A stretch of DNA of 62,370 bases, the filler included, from a bacterium (lineage in GTDB: Bacteria; JAJRZV01), in assembly GCA_024275095.1 (NCBI GenBank). It is 5 parts of 5 records of this genome, joined end to end, with 100 filler letters (N's around TTAATTAATTAA, not from the genome) between each part and the next. Parts side by side here need not be neighbours in the genome. Positions count along the whole stretch, not along the records: positions 32,624 to 52,880 come from JAJRZV010000019.1; positions 52,981 to 57,938 come from JAJRZV010000135.1; 3 more parts are not named here. The stretch is one strand, 5' to 3'. Shown here piece by piece: positions 43,352 through 53,108 of this stretch; within the stretch, counting starts at the first letter, position 1; each line of letters opens with the position of its first letter. The notes under the pieces were generated by a model. That model was not told the origin of the DNA. It did not search any database and saw only the letters and a program-made list of their open reading frames with translations. The translations under genes were made by a program, and so were the position numbers.

Positions 43352-44023
43352 TTGGAAGTGAGAGAATACGATATTGAGGTTTTCGGGCGTCGGGTTCTCA
43401 GAGCAGCAGTACCAGATGAGGTTGTCAGCGAAGTGCTGGCACTGGACTGGACGATTTACCGCGATGCAGAGCGGGATGTGCTGTGCGCTCCTGAAGATGT
43501 GCACAATTGGGTAAAAGGTGAAGTGATTATTCGTGAGCGCTCAAAACTGCTTTTGCCCGACTTGGAAATCCGCACCAGTGAAGGCGTGATTGAACTCTAC
43601 CTGGATGAACTTCAGCACGAAAGGAGCAAGATCGTGGATTTCCAAAAATACCGTCTTCAGAAAAACGCTATGGCCATCCTGGAGGCACTGGAGCATCTTG
43701 AAGACTTACTTCATCAAAAAGCCCAGCTTGTCAAACAGGAAGAGGAACTGCTCAAAGCCATGAAGATAAAGGGTTACGATCCCGAAGAAATTGCCCAGTA
43801 TGAGGAGAAAGTAAATAAACACCGTGAGGCTCTTGCACGTGATTTTGAAAAACTGGCGGATAGTTATCCACGCATACGGGAAAGTGCCAACCTTTTGACA
43901 CTGAAGAACCTTCTGGCGTTGCTGGATGACCTCCAGGAAAACGATCCCGCTGAATATCTAGAAGTAAAGGAAGTTCTCAAAGAAGCGGTTGTTGACTATT
44001 TTGCGAATTGCGAATCAGCCTGA
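43352..44023 (+). CDS. Hypothetical protein, helical/coiled-coil C-terminus
   Basis: 223-aa ORF tightly packed between rlmB and anmK with normal codon usage; no motif recognised. Confidence 0.6.
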   Translation: MEVREYDIEVFGRRVLRAAVPDEVVSEVLALDWTIYRDAERDVLCAPEDVHNWVKGEVIIRERSKLLLPDLEIRTSEGVIELYLDELQHERSKIVDFQKYRLQKNAMAILEALEHLEDLLHQKAQLVKQEEELLKAMKIKGYDPEEIAQYEEKVNKHREALARDFEKLADSYPRIRESANLLTLKNLLALLDDLQENDPAEYLEVKEVLKEAVVDYFANCESA

Positions 44024-45131
44024 GAATCCCCTTGTGTTTGTTGGTCTCATTTCGGGTACCTCAATGGACGGTGTGGATGCCGTAGTAGCAGATTTTGCGG
44101 GCTCCAGACCGATGGTACTGAGGAGCTTTACACTTCCTTATCCCTCCAGACTGAGAAAAGCTCTTGAACATATAGTCGCCACAGGTGGAAACACAGAACT
44201 TATTTCTCGTCTGGATTTCGCCCTTGGCCAATTTCTTGCGCACGTGGCGCTTGAAGCTGTAAGGGGTGTGCCGGACGTTATTGCAATAGGTTCACATGGC
44301 CAAACTGTTTTTCACAACCCTGAACCTGAAGGACGTCTCCCGGGTTGTACACTTCAAATTGGAGAACCATGGCATATTGCTCTGGCGACGGGTCTCCCTG
44401 TGTATTTTGATTTCCGCCGCTTTTACGTGGCAAAGGGAGAAGAAGGCGCTCCTCTGGCTCACATTTTGCACCAGCGGATATTTTCTTCAAAGGGTGTTAC
44501 GTTGTGTGTTCTCAATATTGGCGGCATATGCAATGTATCGGTTCTTCGCAATGGCAGGGCTGTTCTCTCCTTTGATACCGGGCCGGGCATGGGACTTGTG
44601 GACGAGGCTGTAAAGGTAATAACAAATGGACGTTACAAAATGGACAAGAACGCACGTTTCAGTAAAAAGGGTAACGTACACGAAAAGGCTTTGGCGTATT
44701 TACTCGATCATCCTTTTTTCTGCAAGAGCCCCCCACGTTCTACGGGAAAAGAGACCTTCGGCCGCAATCTTGTTCTGTCCACGTTAAAACGCTACCCATC
44801 ACTAAAACAGCGACCAGCCGACCTCGTTCGCACAACAGTGGAAGCAGGCGCTGTGGCTGCTGCACGTGCTATAAAAGAATATTCCGGGCGCAATATCAAC
44901 GAGGTGATACTCTGTGGCGGTGGGAGACTTCACCCTGTTTTCGTACAGCGTTTTTCCACGCTCATGAGTCCTGTGCATGTAAGCTTATGCGATGAGAAAG
45001 GTGTCGACGGTGATAGCGTCGAGGGGCTTCTCATTGCGTACCTGACGTTTCTCGCGTGGAAGGGGGAGTACCCTGCAAAGTCTGTGTTCGTGCCTGTAGA
45101 CTTACCGGATTATGTACTTCAGAGAAAGTAA
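43989..45131 (+). CDS. anmK: Anhydro-N-acetylmuramic acid kinase
   Basis: GLISGTSMDGVD, GSHGQT, DFRR...GAPL, NIGGI.N, FDTGPG, STGKE, CGGG. Confidence 0.93.
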   Translation: MLTILRIANQPENPLVFVGLISGTSMDGVDAVVADFAGSRPMVLRSFTLPYPSRLRKALEHIVATGGNTELISRLDFALGQFLAHVALEAVRGVPDVIAIGSHGQTVFHNPEPEGRLPGCTLQIGEPWHIALATGLPVYFDFRRFYVAKGEEGAPLAHILHQRIFSSKGVTLCVLNIGGICNVSVLRNGRAVLSFDTGPGMGLVDEAVKVITNGRYKMDKNARFSKKGNVHEKALAYLLDHPFFCKSPPRSTGKETFGRNLVLSTLKRYPSLKQRPADLVRTTVEAGAVAAARAIKEYSGRNINEVILCGGGRLHPVFVQRFSTLMSPVHVSLCDEKGVDGDSVEGLLIAYLTFLAWKGEYPAKSVFVPVDLPDYVLQRK

Positions 45132-46402
45132 ACGTTTGAAAATTTTTGTTTCCGCAAACAGCCGCGTGTGTCAAGCACAGTGGTGGCGACCTCCGCGATC
45201 CTTTTTAAATCGATACTGGTATGCGGGGTGACGATTACCGCAAGGTCAAAATACTTTGTTTTCAGCTGAGAATTTTTAATTGAGCGCATCTTTTTCTGTA
45301 ATACAGACACTTCCGGCACAAAAGGGTCCAGATAATAGACCCGAGTTCCATGGTTCAAAAGCTGTTTCATAATTTCTAATGAAGGAGAGTGCCGGATGTC
45401 CGCCACATCCGGCTTATAAGCAACGCCTACCACGAGCACTTTCGAATTTTTCAGTGCTTTCCCTTTTAGGTTAAGTATTTGTGCGCATCTTTTCACCACG
45501 TGAGACGGCATGGCAGCGTTGACTTCTCCTGCCAGTTGCACAAAGCGGGCTTCCACGCCAAAAGCGCGGGCACGGTATGCCAGGTAGAACGGGTCAACGG
45601 GGATGCAGTGACCTCCCACCCCGGGACCTGGATAAAACGGCATGAACCCGAAGGGTTTGGTGGCGGCGCCTTCGATGACTTCCCAGATGTCGATTCCCAT
45701 TGTCTGACAGATGAGCGCCATTTCGTTGACAAGGGCGATGTTCACGTTGCGAAATATATTTTCAAATAATTTCGTCATTTCCGCCGCTTCGGGAGATGAG
45801 AGCACGTGAACATGTGATTTCACAAATGTGGAATAAAACGCGCGGGCGAGCATGGCGCAACGACGTGTTATACCTCCGATTACACGGGTGGTGTTCTCAA
45901 TGGTGTAACGGGTGTTGCCCGGGTCCATGCGCTCGGGGCAATAGGCAAGGAACACGTCTTTCCCTACATTCAGTCCTTTTTTCGTGATGGGGGTTGCAAG
46001 AAACTCCCTGGTTGTACCTGGATAAGTGGTGCTCTCCAGGATCACGAGCGTTTCGGGGTGTAAATATTCAATAACACCTGCTGCAGCATCTTTTATGTAA
46101 TTCATGTCAGGAACGCGGTGCGCGTCTACAGGAGTAGGCACACATACCACCACCACATCCGCATCTTTGACAGCACTGTAATCTGAATGCACGGGGAAGC
46201 TCACTTTCATTTCTTTAAGCTGTTTTTTTATCTCCCGATGGCGGATATCTACTCCACTGACGGGAAATCCTCTGCGTTGAAGAGCAACGGCCAACGGCAA
46301 TCCTACATATCCCAATCCCACCACTACAATATGGGCCTGGACGTTGATGATTTTTCGATTCAGGTTTTTAAAACGCTCGTTATGAGAACGTACGTGTTTC
46401 AT
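45119..46402 (-). CDS. Nucleotide-sugar (UDP-N-acetylhexosamine) 6-dehydrogenase
   Basis: GLGYVGLP, CVPTP, ESTTYPGTT, PER.DPG, KLFENIFR, GPGVGGHCIPVDP, AYK..V.D.R.SP. Confidence 0.93.
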   Translation of the reverse strand: MKHVRSHNERFKNLNRKIINVQAHIVVVGLGYVGLPLAVALQRRGFPVSGVDIRHREIKKQLKEMKVSFPVHSDYSAVKDADVVVVCVPTPVDAHRVPDMNYIKDAAAGVIEYLHPETLVILESTTYPGTTREFLATPITKKGLNVGKDVFLAYCPERMDPGNTRYTIENTTRVIGGITRRCAMLARAFYSTFVKSHVHVLSSPEAAEMTKLFENIFRNVNIALVNEMALICQTMGIDIWEVIEGAATKPFGFMPFYPGPGVGGHCIPVDPFYLAYRARAFGVEARFVQLAGEVNAAMPSHVVKRCAQILNLKGKALKNSKVLVVGVAYKPDVADIRHSPSLEIMKQLLNHGTRVYYLDPFVPEVSVLQKKMRSIKNSQLKTKYFDLAVIVTPHTSIDLKRIAEVATTVLDTRGCLRKQKFSNVYFL

Positions 46403-46577
46403 GGGATGGCAATATACCACAAAACATTTGACCTTTACATGCTCCAGCTATGCTTTGGGCCTGAAGTTTTTTCAAAAAATAAAGTCGTCAGGGATGCAAT
46501 GGGTCACAGATTTACAATTGTGCTTATCTGAGGTTTGAAGTTACGAAAGCGAAATGAGTAACAATTTCCCTGTTTGG

Positions 46578-47039
46578 TTAACCTTCCTTTTCTATTTCAT
46601 CTACATCAATTCCCTGCATAAAAGGTTTTATGGAGCGGTAGTTGAGAAGTACGAGGCCCTCCTTTCTCAGATCGCGACAGACATCCTTGAATTCTGCTGT
46701 GGAACCTTTGAAGAAACGAACAGCTTCGCTTGGAGTTGCTCCATCTTTTTTTCTGAGCGTATATCCTACAGCCGATAACAGGTGCTTGCTGAATATACCT
46801 TTTACGCGGGATTTCGTTGCCGGGTCCATATACATGAGGGCGCATACGATGTCGTCATCTGATGCGTTTTCTCTCACCGCATTTTTCCTGGTCTTGTTTT
46901 CGTATATTCGTACAATGCCAACAACGACTCTCTCGCTGATGATACCGATAGCAAAGAATCGTTTAAAAGGGAGTTCAAGCCCTTCATTTAAAGCCAGGCA
47001 CGAGTAAAAGGCGGGACCTTCTTCTTTTTCACTCTTCAT
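46578..47039 (-). CDS. Hypothetical protein resembling an isolated FliG C-terminal domain
   Basis: By-eye alignment of DIVCALMYMDPATKSRVKGIFSKH...[16 protein letters not shown] to the FliG-C pattern DLALALKGAS.ELKEKIF.NMSKR...IINIIRRLEE.GEIVI. Confidence 0.45.
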   Translation of the reverse strand: MKSEKEEGPAFYSCLALNEGLELPFKRFFAIGIISERVVVGIVRIYENKTRKNAVRENASDDDIVCALMYMDPATKSRVKGIFSKHLLSAVGYTLRKKDGATPSEAVRFFKGSTAEFKDVCRDLRKEGLVLLNYRSIKPFMQGIDVDEIEKEG

Positions 47040-47110
47040 AAAATACAGTGTATCACAAGAATCGGTCGGAATATGACAATATCTTGCGTTGCCTGTTTTA
47101 ATGTTTTTTG

Positions 47111-47638
47111 TTACTGCCGTGTGAGCTTCAGCTGATTCTCTTCAGTATATACATCCTGACAGTAAACCCCACACCACATGTCGCTCCACGTGCCTTCCAT
47201 CAGATCAGTGGTGAACTGGAAGATACCCAGAACCCGTGGTTCAGAATTCATAACCGTTAGTTGAGTTCCGGAGATATTGCCTCTGAGATACATGGGTGAC
47301 ACGTCGGGCACGTAGCCGGTGGGATCACATTGAGAATCGAGTACTGTAAAGTTCGAACCCGTGTATCTCAGTTCGATATTTACAGTGTAGTCAGTATCCC
47401 TGGTGATAATCATGGTGACTTCTCTCTCTTCTGAAGCGACCAGTTCGAGCTGGCTCGAGCAGTAATCAGTTTTGATGTAAAACGTTACAGGAAAGGTTGT
47501 TTGCCACGTTCCCTCCATTTCACGTGCTGGAGAAAGTGGTCCTTCGCCATCACTGAATACACCGCAGGCTGTTAGAAGAAACCCCGTAAATAGTATCCAA
47601 TGGCCTCGCTTTCTTTTTAGAACCATTTTGATTTTCAC
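47111..47638 (-). CDS. Hypothetical lipoprotein (beta-rich, Cys pairs)
   Basis: Lipobox LTA-C; MEGTW occurs twice. Confidence 0.65.
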   Translation of the reverse strand: MKIKMVLKRKRGHWILFTGFLLTACGVFSDGEGPLSPAREMEGTWQTTFPVTFYIKTDYCSSQLELVASEEREVTMIITRDTDYTVNIELRYTGSNFTVLDSQCDPTGYVPDVSPMYLRGNISGTQLTVMNSEPRVLGIFQFTTDLMEGTWSDMWCGVYCQDVYTEENQLKLTRQ

Positions 47639-47848
47639 CTTAACCCCCAGTGTTGAATTTTAAAAAAATAATTTTAACACATTTGCGTTACAAAACCTCC
47701 TATACAGTTCAAATTTGAAATGATAATCGGTGAAAATAGTTGAACATGACGAAACAATGGGGTTTGTTTATAAGTTCCGGCCTGCAACTCCATACAATGG
47801 GCAGGGCAGGGGTGCAGGCTCAACGACACTTGCGGTGTGAGGGTGTGT

Positions 47849-49207
47849 ATGGAACACATGAAGGTTGACATTATGGTAGCAGGAGGGGTGGCTGCGGGTA
47901 TGTCTGCAGCTTCACAGGCGAAACGAGTCAATCCGCAATTGCACGTTGTTGTATTTGAGAGAGGTCCGTACATTTCCTATGGGGCATGCGGCATGCCCTA
48001 TTACCTGTCAGGTGACATTCCAGACCCCATGCGACTGATCGCTCTCACTCCAGAGGAAGCGCACCAAAAGCGGGGAATTTCAGTATATACACAACATGAA
48101 GTACTGGACGTTGATCCTGATGCTCACACGGCCCTTGTGCGCGATCTTCTGTCGAACAGAGAGATCCTTGTTGAATGGGAGAAGTTCATACTTGCTACGG
48201 GCGCAAGAGCATGGACGCCGCCTGTAAAAGGGATGGATTTGCCCGGAGTTTTTGTCCTCAGGACTCTTTCCCATGCACTGGAATTCCAGCAGTTTCTGAA
48301 TTCCCAGCGCCCCCGTCGTGCCGTGATTCTCGGTGGTGGACCTGTGGGATGCGAAATGGCGGAGGCACTGAAAAAACGAGGACTGGACGTTGTAGTTGTG
48401 GAGTTTTTGGAAGAAATTATGAACACAATAGATGCAGACATGGGTGCACTGGTGCATGAGGAATTAAGGCGTAACGGTGTCGGCGTGCGCACTCACAGAC
48501 GCGTGGAAAGGGTGGAAAGAACACGGGATGGTCTTCACGTTATAATCGGAGAAGAAGTCGTGAACTGCGACATGATCTTGGTGGCCACGGGTGTGAAGCC
48601 CAATACGGAACTTCTCACAAAAAAGGGAGTCGCAGAGGGACCGGCCGGCTCCGTTGATGTGGACGAATACATGTGCACATCCTTTGAACACGTTTTTGCC
48701 TGTGGTGATTGTGCTGATGCACTCGACCTTGTCACAGGCAAAAAAGTATATGTGCCTCTCGGAACCACAGCCAATAAACAGGGACGCGTTGCAGGCGCGG
48801 TGGCTGCGGGTGTAGAAGTGAGTTTCCCGGGTATTGTGCAGACGGCAGCGGTTAAAGTATTTGACCTTGAAGTGGCCCGCACGGGGCTCTCGGAACGACA
48901 GGCCAGAGAGGCTGGCTTTGATGTTGATACCGTACAGGTACGCTCACGGTCACGCGCGGGTTATTATCCGGGAGGGACGCCGGTACACGTGAAACTTATT
49001 TATGAAAAAAATACAGGCAAACTGCTGGGAGGTCAGGTCATCTCCAGAGAAGGAGCTGCAAAACGCGTGGATGTAATAGCGGCCGTACTTTACTTTGGAG
49101 GCACAGTAAAAGACCTTTACAACCTGGATCTCTCGTACGCACCACCCTTTGCTCCTGTTTATGACCCCCTCATCCTTGCTGCGCGCCGGGCATATCGATG
49201 GAAATGA
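47849..49207 (+). CDS. CoA-disulfide reductase / NADH oxidase family flavoprotein
   Basis: GGVAAGMSAA, SYGACGMPY redox Cys, ATG, GGGPVG, LGTTANKQGR, DLSYAPPF. Confidence 0.93.
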   Translation: MEHMKVDIMVAGGVAAGMSAASQAKRVNPQLHVVVFERGPYISYGACGMPYYLSGDIPDPMRLIALTPEEAHQKRGISVYTQHEVLDVDPDAHTALVRDLLSNREILVEWEKFILATGARAWTPPVKGMDLPGVFVLRTLSHALEFQQFLNSQRPRRAVILGGGPVGCEMAEALKKRGLDVVVVEFLEEIMNTIDADMGALVHEELRRNGVGVRTHRRVERVERTRDGLHVIIGEEVVNCDMILVATGVKPNTELLTKKGVAEGPAGSVDVDEYMCTSFEHVFACGDCADALDLVTGKKVYVPLGTTANKQGRVAGAVAAGVEVSFPGIVQTAAVKVFDLEVARTGLSERQAREAGFDVDTVQVRSRSRAGYYPGGTPVHVKLIYEKNTGKLLGGQVISREGAAKRVDVIAAVLYFGGTVKDLYNLDLSYAPPFAPVYDPLILAARRAYRWK

Positions 49208-49266
49208 CACGTGGACGAATCGTAACTAATTTAAACAAAAAGTTTTAACAAACTGGGAGGTGAAGC

Positions 49267-50205
49267 GTGAGTGAACAGAACGTTTACGATATTGTGATTG
49301 TGGGCGGAGGACCTGCGGGCCTTACCGCGGCTATATACGCATCGCGCGCACGTTTGAAAACCCTCGTGGTGGAAAAAGCTGGGTTGGGAGGGCAGGCAGC
49401 AATGAGTCACTGGATTGAGAATTACCCTGGTTTTCCGGAGGGGCTCTCGGGCATGGACCTCACTGAACACATGCGTCAACAGGCGGAACGGTTCGGCACG
49501 GAGTTTGAATTTGATGAAGTACGAACGGTGGAAAAAAGCAATGGACTTTTTACTGTAAAGGCGTACAAACAATTCAGCAGTCGGGCTGTTATTATTGCAA
49601 CAGGTCGCAGTCCTCGACGCCTGAACGTGCCTGGAGAAGCCGAACTGACGGGGAAGGGAGTGTCCTATTGCGCCACGTGCGACGGTGCATTCTACAGGGA
49701 CGTGGCTGTTGCTGTGATAGGAGGAGGAGACGCAGCTGTGAAAGAAAGTCTGTTTCTCACACGGTTTGCTTCGCGCGTATATATTATTCATCGTCGGGAC
49801 CGGTTCCGGGCCGAAAAAATCATTGCAGAAGAAGCTCTTAAGCACTCAAAAATCGAACCCGTGTGGAATTCAGTGGTGGAAGCCATCGAAGGTGAAAACG
49901 GGGTTGAAGGTATCCGCGTAAAAAATGTGAAAACCGGTGAGGTTCACGTTATTGATGTAAAGGGGGTGTTCGTGTATATCGGCAGTATTCCAAACACCGA
50001 ACCCGTACGCACTCTGGTACAACTGGATGCAGACGGTTACATTGTTGCCGGTGAAAATACACGCACAAGCATGCCGGGCGTTTTTGCCGCAGGAGATGTG
50101 CGGCGCAAACCTGCGTATCAGGTTGCCACAGCAGTTGCCGACGGTGCTATCGCTGCCATGCAGGCAGAGGAATACATCACTCACGAAACAGGATTCGCAA
50201 GTTGA
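49267..50205 (+). CDS. trxB: Thioredoxin reductase
   Basis: GGGPAG, IENYPGF, GVSYCATCDG, GGGD.A, HRRD.FRA, FAAGD. Confidence 0.97.
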   Translation: MSEQNVYDIVIVGGGPAGLTAAIYASRARLKTLVVEKAGLGGQAAMSHWIENYPGFPEGLSGMDLTEHMRQQAERFGTEFEFDEVRTVEKSNGLFTVKAYKQFSSRAVIIATGRSPRRLNVPGEAELTGKGVSYCATCDGAFYRDVAVAVIGGGDAAVKESLFLTRFASRVYIIHRRDRFRAEKIIAEEALKHSKIEPVWNSVVEAIEGENGVEGIRVKNVKTGEVHVIDVKGVFVYIGSIPNTEPVRTLVQLDADGYIVAGENTRTSMPGVFAAGDVRRKPAYQVATAVADGAIAAMQAEEYITHETGFAS

Positions 50206-50275
50206 AGCTCCCATGCCTTTGAGCGGGGTTTGGTGTATGATATTAAAGCTAATCATTTAACAAGGAGAGACGACA

Positions 50276-51361
50276 ATGAAGGGTAACCCCGTTCTTTTTA
50301 TCACCGGTTCTACCGGTTTTATTGGAAAACGCTTGGTAAAGAAAGCACTCGAGAAAGGAGCGGAAGTATACGCTCTCGCACGTGAAGGTTCAGAACCGAA
50401 ACTCCTGCGGTATCTGGAGCAAAAAAAGGTCTCTCCTGATGGTTTGTATTTCGTCATTGGTGACATATGTGCACCAGGTGTTATTAAAGATCCTGCTGTG
50501 GCTGAAGAGGTACAGGAACGCACAACTCACGTGATCCACGGCGCGGCTGTATATGACCTCTCAGTACCCAGGCCCGTGGCAAAGCGCGTTAATGTTGATG
50601 GCACGCGGGCAGTGCTGGAATTCGCCAGCAAGGCGAAAAAGCTCAAGCGTTTTACACATCTCAGTACCATTGCTGTCTCGGGTGATTACCGTGGCATCTT
50701 TTATGAAGAGATGCTGGATGTGGGCCAGGGTTTTACAGACCATTACGGGCGTACAAAGTTTATTGCAGAGAAACTTGTGAGGGAATGGGAGAGTCGTTTT
50801 CCCGTAACCATCATTCGGCCTGGAGCTGTGGTGGGTGAGATGGCAACGGGAGAGACTGAAAAATTTGATGGCCCATACATTATGATGCGATTCATCTACG
50901 CATCACGCTGGCTCCACTTGGTGGTGCCGGGTAGCGACCAGTCATATCTCGAAGTTGTTCCTGTGGATGTACTCGCTGAGTTTATTCTCGAGATTACTCT
51001 GGACTCTGCCGCTGGCGGGCGCACGTTTACTGTTGTGGATCCGGAGCCCATGAGCATGGGAGAATTTATCGATCGGGTGTATGAACGCATTAGCTTTTAT
51101 AAACCTCTCTTCAAGTTCTCGCTCAAACCCGTTGCTGCTTTCGTTAAGGCACCGGTTATTAAGCCCGTACTCAATGTGGCCGGTCGCATTGCCGGTTATC
51201 CCGTAGAAGGTATTCACTACGTGACTCGTGAAGTACTGCACGATGCCAGCAACACCCTGAGTTTCGCAGCCCGCAAAAACATGCGCCTTCCGCGCTTTAA
51301 TGAGTATATAGATGCCATCTGTACGTACTTTGAGAAGGAAGCACTCGGCCGGAAACATTGA
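50276..51361 (+). CDS. Extended SDR (thioester-reductase/male-sterility-like)
   Basis: ITGSTGFIG, H.AA.YD, NVDGT, Y..TK..AE, RPG.VVG, DGPY. Confidence 0.85.
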   Translation: MKGNPVLFITGSTGFIGKRLVKKALEKGAEVYALAREGSEPKLLRYLEQKKVSPDGLYFVIGDICAPGVIKDPAVAEEVQERTTHVIHGAAVYDLSVPRPVAKRVNVDGTRAVLEFASKAKKLKRFTHLSTIAVSGDYRGIFYEEMLDVGQGFTDHYGRTKFIAEKLVREWESRFPVTIIRPGAVVGEMATGETEKFDGPYIMMRFIYASRWLHLVVPGSDQSYLEVVPVDVLAEFILEITLDSAAGGRTFTVVDPEPMSMGEFIDRVYERISFYKPLFKFSLKPVAAFVKAPVIKPVLNVAGRIAGYPVEGIHYVTREVLHDASNTLSFAARKNMRLPRFNEYIDAICTYFEKEALGRKH

Positions 51362-52443
51362 GTAAAAAAGCCGTACTCAAAGTAGGGAGCGCTGTCCTTG
51401 TAAATAATACGGGGAAGTTTTCACTTCGCCGCATTCACAAAATCGCAGCGGACGTGGCATGTCTCCGCGAGAACGGATGGCAGGTGTTTGTGGTTTCTTC
51501 TGGTGCGATCATGATTGCCATGCATCATCTTGGATTGACCGAAAGACCTTCAAAAGTGGAAGACCTCCAGAAGCTGGCAGCCATTGGTCAACCGAGACTG
51601 ATGCAGGCCTATGAGCGGGCTTTCCGCCGCAGAGAGATAGAAGTGGCACAGGTGCTCCTTACACATTACGATTTTGAACGAAGAAATAGTTTTCTCAATG
51701 CTCGCCACACTATTACCTCACTGGCACGAGCGGGCTTTGTCCCCATTATCAATGAAAATGATACGGTGGCGGTGGAATAGATTAAGGTGGGAGACAATGA
51801 TACGCTTTCGGCACTGGTAGCAGCAGCGGTCGAGGCGGATGCTCTCCTCATCATGAGCAACGTACCGGGAATTGTTAACCCTTCCACAGGAATCATAGAA
51901 AAAATGATCAATCCGCGCGAGCGACCTGAAAAATACGACAGTGGCACAAAAACTCCGGCAGGGGTGGGAGGGATCGTAACCAAGTTTCGTGCTGCACGCA
52001 TTGCCGCTTCGCATGGCATTCCCACATACGTGGGCGATGGTCGAGACAAAACCTTCATTCAATCATTTCTGGAAGGGGCCTTTAGGGGCACTGTTTTTCC
52101 ACCCGAAGACAGGGGATTGAGGGGTAAAAAACGCTGGATAGCCATCCTTCAAAAACCCAGAGGAACGATCGTTGTAGATGCCGGGGCGGCAGAAGCGTTG
52201 AGGGCGAGAGGTAAAAGTCTTTTGCCCCGGGGAGTGACAGGTGTGAGGGGTTCATTCAGCAGGGGTGATGTTGTAGAAATTTTTACTGAAGACGGTCACC
52301 TGGTGGGTCGGGGCATTACCGCATACAGTGCACAGGAACTTCGCAAGATCCAGGGTTGCCGAACTTCGGAAATTGAAAGCATCCTGGGCTACCGCTATTC
52401 CGACGAGGTTATTCACAGAGACGAAATGATTGTGGAGCGGTAA
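51358..52443 (+). CDS. proB: Glutamate 5-kinase with PUA domain, split by one in-frame TAG at 51778-51780 (readthrough or pseudogene)
   Basis: KVGS, VSSGA, AAIGQ, PIINENDTVAVE*IKVGDNDTLSA in one frame, then VDAGA...SLLPRG...VIHRD. Confidence 0.9.
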
Positions 52444-52880
52444 TGGAATTCGGCCGTTACCGGTGTTTCAGGGCTGTGTTCCGTGTAAATCCCGATAAAG
52501 AAGACATACTCCAGGGCCGACTGTTCGAACTGGGATGTACAGGTACAGAGTCACACGTGAAAAAAGATGCTGTAGTTGTTATTGCATATTTTCCCAGAGC
52601 GATTGAACACGAGATGTTTTTGAAGGCAGCCGGTGTCACCCCAGTGGAAACAGGCTTTTTTACCCTGGAGTTGAAAAACAATGAACTTTATCCAGTGGAA
52701 GTCGAGGATGCTGTTATTCTTCCAGCAGGGGAAACTCAAGAGTGTAAAGAGAAAACGCCGATTTTCCTCGTTTCAACAATGGCATTTGGCACGGGGAAGC
52801 ATCCTTCTACAGAACTTGCCATTAAAGCTCTGCGAAGAGTCCAGCAGAGAGGATGGCTCGGGGCCCCATTTCTTGACATA
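52443..52880 (+). CDS. prmA: Ribosomal protein L11 methyltransferase, truncated by contig end
   Basis: MAFGTGKHPST motif followed by the start of the SAM motif (FLDI). Confidence 0.75.
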
Positions 52881-52980
52881 NNNNNNNNNNNNNNNNNNNN
52901 NNNNNNNNNNNNNNNNNNNNNNNNTTAATTAATTAANNNNNNNNNNNNNNNNNNNNNNNNNNNNNNNNNNNNNNNNNNNN
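52881..52980. other. Artificial contig linker
   Basis: N-run with TTAATTAATTAA. Confidence 0.99.
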
Positions 52981-53026
52981 CCCTTTCTTGGGTGGGGTTT
53001 TTTTATTTAATTATTCCTGCTGCCAA

Positions 53027-53095
53027 ACGAGGAAAATCGTGACATCGAGGTGCGAGAATTTCTCATTTCTCGCACCCGATTTATTTTATCCTCGT
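53027..53095. terminator. Long hairpin downstream of the 53109 gene (terminator/stability element)
   Basis: Perfect GGTGCGAGAA (53049-58)/TTCTCGCACC (53067-76) stem with outer ACGAGGA/TCCTCGT arms. Confidence 0.5.
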
Positions 53096-53108
53096 GCTTA
53101 AAACAAAA

